NCBI GenBank assembly: GCA_016182385.1
Contig: JACPGV010000002.1
Span: 125,190 to 189,189 of the forward strand
Source of the DNA: Candidatus Moraniibacteriota bacterium
Lineage (GTDB): Bacteria > Patescibacteriota > Minisyncoccia > Moranbacterales > UBA1568
DNA length: 64,000 bases
Direction of reading: 5' to 3'
Part shown: piece after piece, positions 58,701-64,000 of the stretch
Numbering within the stretch: the first letter of the stretch is position 1
Layout of the letters: each line of letters starts with the position of its first letter
Position numbers and translations under genes: made by a program
The notes under the pieces: model-generated
What the model was told of the DNA's origin: nothing
Seen by the model: the letters and a program-made list of their open reading frames with translations, nothing else
The model's database searches: none

Positions 58701-58949
58701 ATCTCCCTTCATCCGATGGTAGCGGACGATCGTATCCTCAATGGCGAGCATCGCGGCATGGCCGGCATGAAGCGTGCCGGTGACATTCGGCGGGGGAAGG
58801 ACGATCGAAAAAGTCGGTTTCGTTTCGTCAGTGATATTTTTTTTGATGCAGATATCGGGATTGAAGAGACCGCTTTCTTCCCATTTGGAATAAAGCTCGT
58901 TTTCCCACTCCTTGGCATCGTATGTTTTCGGAATATTGTTTTCATTCAT
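55749..58949 (-). CDS. valS: Valine--tRNA ligase with inserted histidine-phosphatase domain
   Basis: PPPNVTGTLHAGHA, ATTRPET, DWCISRQIWFGHRIP, DTWFSSGLW, KMSKS, C-terminal coiled coil. Confidence 0.95.
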   Translation of the reverse strand: MNENNIPKTYDAKEWENELYSKWEESGLFNPDICIKKNITDETKPTFSIVLPPPNVTGTLHAGHAAMLAIEDTIVRYHRMKGDRTLWIPGTDHAAVATQSKVENILWKEEQKTRFDLGREEFLKRIETFAQQSHDTIVHQTKKMGASLDWSREAYTLDEKRSLSVRTAFKKMYDDGLIYRGYRVVNWTIKGQSTCSDDEVVTIERQAKLYTFRYSKNFPIAIATTRPETKLGDTAIAVHPDDERYKKYIGQTFTADVGSAKPLAIKIIADESVDPAFGTGAVGVTPAHSHADFEMRERHPEIDLIQVIDTDGTMTAEAGQDYAHLTTLEAREKFVLWLRENDLIEKEEDITQNVGTSDRYEDVLEIIPMRQWFVAVNKEFDHSGKKTTLKQLMREAVGPGKITLLPERFSKTYFHWIDNLRDWCISRQIWFGHRIPVWYCLSCKKERINATVKSRWFFVRHGETDWNKKEINAGTTDIPLNETGREQARLTAEKLAAENIGVIFSSHLSRAHETAKIIGKKIGVDEIIIDDRLQERNMGKAEGLSYSETKKRFPDLQKYNGKSANNESYEEAENRIWKAVSEHLEKHSHKNVLITSHGAVLRALWRKIQGVTPESIMNIKRFPNATPLSIDILKPCEYCGHHFFEQDPDTLDTWFSSGLWTFSTLGWPDENAVDFKNYHPTSLLETGYDILFFWVARMILMTEYLLDTHPFDTIYLHGLVRDEQGRKMSKSLGNVIDPLTVSEKYGADALRMALISGSTPGNDLRLSDEKIVMMRNFTNKLWNLARYVGTMTEKTNTPPEPKTDADQYLIKKLHAIVRDITRHLERYELSLAAEELREFTWGDFADWYVEVHKVEKNDALLRYAFDKILKLWHPFMPFVTEAIHQTFHFDTNEFLMIAKWPEFDTTKLEIATENRFELVKGLISTIRNVRAAYHIDPAQKMTVSAFGESEQTLRGNEEIFKRLARIDKLQTLKSAVAPKNTLRVQYGLLSAFLHLDGVVDIAKERARFTKEKDEKEKYIATLEAKLSNKNFIERAKKEIIETKHGKLKESQKQLLDIKNHLASLQN

Positions 58950-59277
58950 ATGGTGTACGATACCAAAAAAAAGACTTTATTTCAAGGAAAAAAGAAAAGA
59001 CCGATGGATGATACCATACGGTCTTCGGGAGTTCTTGAATCATGACGGCGACACTTCCTGACCGACCTGCTTCGTTGCCGTGAATATATTGTCCCCGGTC
59101 GTTGTAGACATAATAGACGTCATCCATCGGGCCTAAGCGTTTTTTATTGTGGGCGTCGGCTTTTTTGATGGCTTTATCTTTTGAGTCAAAATCTCCCACT
59201 AAATAATCTTCTTTGGCGAAGAGGTCGACACCAACAACTCGGGTCTGGCCAGAAGGCGCTTTAAGTTGGGCATTCAT
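58942..59277 (-). CDS. Hypothetical protein with SD; 3' end uncertain
   Basis: aaggagat SD before MNAQLKAP; ORF runs through a terminator-like hairpin near 58997-59026. Confidence 0.55.
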   Translation of the reverse strand: MNAQLKAPSGQTRVVGVDLFAKEDYLVGDFDSKDKAIKKADAHNKKRLGPMDDVYYVYNDRGQYIHGNEAGRSGSVAVMIQELPKTVWYHPSVFSFFLEIKSFFWYRTPYE

Positions 59278-59611
59278 CTTGATCTCCTTTTTAAAATAAC
59301 TGTTCCAAAATAGAACCTGACAGTGTAGCAAGATTTTAATTGTCAATGGCGTGCGTCGTTATCAGTAAGAGGTGTGTAATGCAAGTAATGATATCTTTTA
59401 GGTTGAAGAGCAATATTTTTATATACAGTGGACACTAAAAAACATTTAAAATGAATTAAACAAAATAGAACAAAATAGAATAGTCTTACAATTTACGCAA
59501 TTGCTTAAATTGTAAGACTTTTTTGTGGTGGTAGTAGAGAGAGATGTTTTTAGTGTAAAGGTAGGTTCGCGTCGGCCCACCCGTAGCAAGGATAGCGTGG
59601 CGGGTAGAGAT

Positions 59612-60775
59612 TTAGCACAATGGTAGATTGGCGTCTGGATCAAGTGAGAGAAAATTTGTTTTGAGTTTTTCGCGGCTGGTATTATCCATGTTCGCGTAGC
59701 GGTAGGCGGCGGCGACACCGATCATCGCAGCGTTGTCGAGGGAGTAAGCAAATTCTGGCGTAGAGAATATCACTTCATCACTTGGAGGTTTAGCCTCTAA
59801 GTTGATGGAGTGGATTGTGTTGTGGAGTTGTTCGCGTAAGCGCACGTTGGCTGAGACACCTCCGGCGATAGTAAATGTTTTTGGTCGATATTCAAGAATC
59901 GCCTTTTTTGATTTTTCGACGAGCACATCAACGACCGCTTCTTGAAATTCGTGACAGACCATATCGATAAATGTTTTATCTTTTATTTCCGCCTCGTGTT
60001 TTTTGAGAAAATAGAGCACCGCGGTTTTCAGTCCAGAAAAAGAAAAATTATAGTTGTTGGTATCTATCATCGGTCGAGGAAATAATTTTTTGTTTGTCGT
60101 ATTATTTTCGTTGCGATAGATGTCGGCGCGTTTGGCGACAAGGGGACCGCCGGGATAAGAAAGCCCAAGCATTTTGGCTACTTTGTCGAATGCTTCACCG
60201 GCGGCATCATCTTGTGTTTCGCCCAAAAGCTCATAATGGAAATGGTTACGCATGAGCATAAGTTGTGTGTGTCCACCAGAGACGATAAGCGCGATCAGGG
60301 GAAAGAGAGAGTGCTGAGTATTGAATAGGGAATCAAATTCACCTTTCGTATTTTTTTGATTTTTATCGATAGTTGGTAGGTCATTTTCGATATTTTGCGA
60401 ACCGACAAAGTTTGCGTATATGTGCCCTTCCAGGTGATTGATACCGATAAGCGGTTTTTTCCAAACAAGAGACAGTGTTTTGGCGGCAGTAACACCGATA
60501 AGAAGCGCCGGCATAAGCCCGGGTCCTTGAGTGACGGCGATAAGGTCAATGTTTTTTGGAGTCATTTTTGCGCGCTCCAAAGTTTCTTCGATCACGGGAA
60601 CAATGTTTTTGATATGTTCGCGCGAGGCGAGATCGGGGACGACACCACCCCATTTGGCATGGAGCGAGGCCTGAGAAGATACAGTGTTGACAACGACGGA
60701 CGCGATATTATCTTGCCATTTTATGATAGCGGCAGCTGTTTCGTCACAGGATGTTTCGAGAGAGAGAATATTCAT
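59612..60775 (-). CDS. tsaD: tRNA N6-threonylcarbamoyladenosine synthase TsaD
   Basis: LETSCDET, GGVVPDLASREH, NHLEGH, VSGGHT, DDAAGEAFDKVA, DNAAMI. Confidence 0.97.
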   Translation of the reverse strand: MNILSLETSCDETAAAIIKWQDNIASVVVNTVSSQASLHAKWGGVVPDLASREHIKNIVPVIEETLERAKMTPKNIDLIAVTQGPGLMPALLIGVTAAKTLSLVWKKPLIGINHLEGHIYANFVGSQNIENDLPTIDKNQKNTKGEFDSLFNTQHSLFPLIALIVSGGHTQLMLMRNHFHYELLGETQDDAAGEAFDKVAKMLGLSYPGGPLVAKRADIYRNENNTTNKKLFPRPMIDTNNYNFSFSGLKTAVLYFLKKHEAEIKDKTFIDMVCHEFQEAVVDVLVEKSKKAILEYRPKTFTIAGGVSANVRLREQLHNTIHSINLEAKPPSDEVIFSTPEFAYSLDNAAMIGVAAAYRYANMDNTSREKLKTNFLSLDPDANLPLC

Positions 60776-60973
60776 ATGTTTACTCTACCGACCGGAAGGA
60801 GAAATGGCAAGAAAGGAAGATGCTTGCTTTTTGGTGGGTTTTTGCTAGAATGTTTTCGCAGATGGCTTCTGTTTTTTTGTATTCGTTTTTATTTGTTATA
60901 CAAAAACAAAGAGCACCGAGGAGGATTATATTGAAAAAAAGCAGAGAGAAGCAAATAGGTAAATTTCATAGAC

Positions 60974-61045
60974 GGCCCCATCGTCTATCGGTTAGGACAT
61001 CAGGTTTTCATCCTGAAAAGAGGGGTTCGATTCCCCTTGGGGCTA
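60974..61045 (+). tRNA. tRNA-Glu(TTC)
   Basis: Same body as the 31478 gene except two positions; tcagg-tt-TTC-at-cctga. Confidence 0.95.
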
Positions 61046-61048
61046 CAG

Positions 61049-61201
61049 ATTAACCAAAACCTCCATGATGATTCCTGGAGGTTTTGGTTTATGTATCTAG
61101 GGGGAATCGAAGGGCGCGAGTAGAATCTGAGCGAGCGAGGATTCTGTGTGTAGCGCCCAGGCTCCGAGTCGGAGCGAGGAGGATTCCCCTTGGGGCTACC
61201 A
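61049..61201 (+). repeat. tRNA-tail unit 1 at tRNA-Glu(TTC)
   Basis: Matches 31553-31703 except an inverted 10-nt hairpin loop; 3'-end copy at 61182-61201 ends in CCA. Confidence 0.9.
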
Positions 61202-61391
61202 ATTGAAACAAACATCTACTCTTTCAGGAGCAGATGTTTGTTTTTGTGTTTCAGAAAAATCGAACCAGCAGGAGTGAGTAGCGAGCGAAGGTGAGCTAAA
61301 CGAGTGTCGACGGATGTGAATGAGCATCCGTCGCTACCCAGAACAATGAAGCGGTCAGTAGGCCGCGAGGCGGAATTTTTCTTGGGGTTAC
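61202..61391 (+). repeat. tRNA-tail unit 2 at tRNA-Glu(TTC); core homologous to tRNA-Tyr unit 1
   Basis: Hairpin 61206-61243, agaaaaatcgaac, core gagtagcgagcgaagg..gtgtcgacggatg, degenerate end atttttcttggggttac. Confidence 0.8.
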
Positions 61392-61546
61392 TGATGAGTT
61401 AAAAAGTTCCTAGGCTTGTTTTGGGAGCTTTTTAATTTTGAATATGTTGCAATGGCGTTGCGGCACGCTTCGTTGACTTTTTTGGCATGTATGTTTAACT
61501 GGATAACAAGAGGGATTCTCTTCAAACACTACGAAGGAGGCTCGTA

Positions 61547-62098
61547 ATGCACTCAATTTTTGAAGAAGAAAAGCGTTCTTTAGCACTTTTGCCTAGCTAT
61601 CTTGCCATGATAGAGGCCTCGGTCGATTCGAAGATGTTTCGACAATTGTTTGTGACCGAATATGATGGTAGTCACACTGATGTTATTGGCAATGGCGATC
61701 TTGCCTGCGCTTTTTATGTGTCGGCGCTACTCCATATATTCAATTTGGTGAAGACGGGAGTACACACTACGGTTGACAAGACGGAGTGGGACATGACGGT
61801 TCTTTCTCAGTGGTATCTGTTGCCATCGAATACTGTTTCGGTTATGCGTCACCATCTGTCACAAATGCCCCGAGGAAGTGTCATTATCTGGGGAAAGAAA
61901 ATGTGTACCGATGGTTTGCAGCATCGTCACATCGGTTTTTATATGGGCGAAAAAGAGGCCATTAGTAATAGGCCCGATCAAGGCTCTCCTCAGAGACACC
62001 ATTATACTTTTGGGGAAAATGACGATGGCAGTCCGGTGAGGCCCATTGAAAAGGTGTACTTTCATCCTTTGCTCGAAGCCTTACCGACCGTAGAATAA
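61547..62098 (+). CDS. NlpC/P60-superfamily-like Cys-His protein
   Basis: GDLACAFYVSALL and HRHIGFYMG with G.VIIW between; aggagg SD. Confidence 0.6.
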   Translation: MHSIFEEEKRSLALLPSYLAMIEASVDSKMFRQLFVTEYDGSHTDVIGNGDLACAFYVSALLHIFNLVKTGVHTTVDKTEWDMTVLSQWYLLPSNTVSVMRHHLSQMPRGSVIIWGKKMCTDGLQHRHIGFYMGEKEAISNRPDQGSPQRHHYTFGENDDGSPVRPIEKVYFHPLLEALPTVE

Positions 62099-62292
62099 AC
62101 ATCATACCGCGGAATACAGACTTGTTGTTCCCGGTTACAAAAATTTACCGGCAAATTTTGTCGGTTTTTTATTTTCGAACAGAGCAAAAAAACGACAAAA
62201 GTCTGATTGAGCGCTTCGTGCATCTTTATTTTTTTGGAGATGTTGGAGAGAGAATCGAGAATGAAAGAAGGATATCCGTGAGTGAGTATATA

Positions 62293-63549
62293 TCAAAACT
62301 CCAGGGTATGAGTTTCCGCTATCTTGCCATAGGCGAGGGCGCTTGGGCGGACGGTGCGTTTCTGTGTCACATAATCGATCTCGATGAGACCAAAGCGCGG
62401 CCAAAATCCTTTATCCCACTCGAAATTGTCGAGGAGCGACCAATAGAAGTAACCACGGACATCGATACCCATCTCGATAGCCTGATGGATAAAACGCAAA
62501 TGTTCTTTGATAAATGATTCGCGTTTTGTGTCGAGCGCGTCGGCTAGGCCATTCTCGGTGATATAAAGAGGGAGATGAAAACTATTCAGCCAGCGCAAAA
62601 TATGGAAAATACCTTCGGGATAGACTTCCCATCCCAAATCGCTTTCGGAATGATCTTTATTGTGATCGCGGCGAATAAACTTTAGTCGATTGTGAAAATA
62701 ATATTGCACGGTAAGAAAATCATGATGTCCACGGGTAAGACGAAGCATGTATTCATTGGTGAAAAAATGAGCAATGCTGACACTTAGCTTGTCTAGCCAT
62801 GATGTTTTTTGGTAGGGGACAAAGGATTGTAAAATATTGGCGAGACCCACCTCTGCATTTGAATCGATTTTGTGAATAGCATGAAAAGCGCGATTGTGCG
62901 CTCTGGCAAGAATATGAAATACGCGATACGCGCGCCAGAGGCTTTTTTCTTGAGGTGGCCAATTACCATTTACATAAGAGGCTCCGATAACAGAAGTTGG
63001 CTCGTTGAGCGTGATCCAAAAGCGTACCTCATTTTTATATTGCGAAACAATATGTTTTGCGTACCGCTCAAAGTACTTTGGAAACTCTTGACTGTGTACG
63101 CCACCTTTTTCGGCGAGCCAGAGAGGGAGTGTCCAGTGCCACAGAGTTACAAAGGGCTCCAGTCCGCGTTCATGGAGAGTCGTGAGTACTTCGTGGTAAT
63201 GATCGATGGCTTCTTGATTGAATTTTCCTTCTTCTGGTTCGATGCGAGACCACTCGATGGAGAAACGATGAGCATTGTGATGTAATGATTGCGCTAAATC
63301 AAAATCCTCGCGGAATTTTTTGTAATGATCACAAGCGGCGCCGGAAAGGTAGTTTTTTGGATTTTCTGCTTCCGGTTGAATACGCTCCCAGTGCGGAAGA
63401 TGTCCAAATTTTTTGTAGGCTTCTTTGGCGAGGCGGACGGCATTTTTCTTTTCCCACTCAGACCAGTCATTGCGCGTATGGCCCTCTACTTGATGGGATG
63501 AGGTAGCGGCGCCCCAGAGGAAATCTTTTGGAAAACGAAGAAGCGTCAT
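62293..63549 (-). CDS. Glycoside hydrolase family 1 (beta-glucosidase-like)
   Basis: FPKDFLWGAATSSHQVEG, RFSIEWSRIEP, TLNEP, ITENG, WSLLDNFEW. Confidence 0.95.
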   Translation of the reverse strand: MTLLRFPKDFLWGAATSSHQVEGHTRNDWSEWEKKNAVRLAKEAYKKFGHLPHWERIQPEAENPKNYLSGAACDHYKKFREDFDLAQSLHHNAHRFSIEWSRIEPEEGKFNQEAIDHYHEVLTTLHERGLEPFVTLWHWTLPLWLAEKGGVHSQEFPKYFERYAKHIVSQYKNEVRFWITLNEPTSVIGASYVNGNWPPQEKSLWRAYRVFHILARAHNRAFHAIHKIDSNAEVGLANILQSFVPYQKTSWLDKLSVSIAHFFTNEYMLRLTRGHHDFLTVQYYFHNRLKFIRRDHNKDHSESDLGWEVYPEGIFHILRWLNSFHLPLYITENGLADALDTKRESFIKEHLRFIHQAIEMGIDVRGYFYWSLLDNFEWDKGFWPRFGLIEIDYVTQKRTVRPSALAYGKIAETHTLEF

Positions 63550-63846
63550 AAGAAGATAAAAAAATCAGAAAGAAATCTTATTCAAATTGTACTATACACT
63601 GATGAAAAAAGAAAAAAACCACAAATACATGATTTGTGGTGGAATACGGTGAAGGTTTGGTTTAGCTTGAGATGTTGATTTCTCAGCAGAGGTTTTCGCG
63701 TGCTTGCTTATACCTCATCCAAAACGAGGGCAACCACCTATAGTCTGATCTTAGATCCGCGAGATAATGTCTTGCTTCAGATATCAAAAGTTTTTTCCGG
63801 TCAACATTGACTTTTTGGCTTAAAAAAAGTATTTTGTAAATATACT

Positions 63847-64000
63847 ATGGATGAAACGTTTCATTTTCCCGATCCCAAGACCACTATACCAAAGCAACGA
63901 TTTTTCCAACGGATGATCGAGATGATTCCCGGATTTTTGACGTGGACCACGCTTTTGGGCATGCTAGCCCTTTCTTTCTTTTTGCCGGTGTGGGCGGCGA
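63847..64000 (+). CDS. N-terminus of a membrane protein, possibly a GT2-type glycosyltransferase; truncated by window edge
   Basis: Hand translation MDETFHFPDPKTTIPKQRFFQRMIEMIPGFLTWTTLLGMLALSFFLPVWAA, open to the end. Confidence 0.55.
   Translation, partial: MDETFHFPDPKTTIPKQRFFQRMIEMIPGFLTWTTLLGMLALSFFLPVWAA

Overview
Chromosomal window from a CPR/Patescibacteria (Parcubacteria-like) bacterium using the standard genetic code; the lineage is inferred from 16S features and gene content. It is mostly housekeeping DNA: murA, mreB, holB, an ftsQ-like gene, rmuC, prfA/prmC, rpsB/tsf, the infA-rpmJ-rpsMKD-rpoA-rplQM-rpsI block, uppS, valS, tsaD, several glycosyltransferases, a VirB4/TraD-like ATPase, ten tRNAs and an unlinked 16S rRNA gene. 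The main unexplained signal is a family of small non-coding units behind four tRNA genes (Tyr, Thr-GGT, Glu-CTC, Glu-TTC). A typical unit is a hairpin, a segment antisense to that tRNA's T-arm, a GC-rich structured core, and a second copy of that tRNA's 3' end. One core is shared between the Tyr and Glu loci with compensatory base changes, while its flanks match whichever tRNA it follows. Other notable items: a 700-bp integrase-less cassette at tRNA-Arg(TCG), a PagL-like beta-barrel gene in a lineage thought to lack an outer membrane, ValRS with an inserted histidine-phosphatase domain, RpoA without its C-terminal domain, an unannotated 31-aa Lys-rich protein, and a Fic protein lacking the catalytic His with an upstream operator-like palindrome. 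All calls come from reading the sequence; no searches were run.
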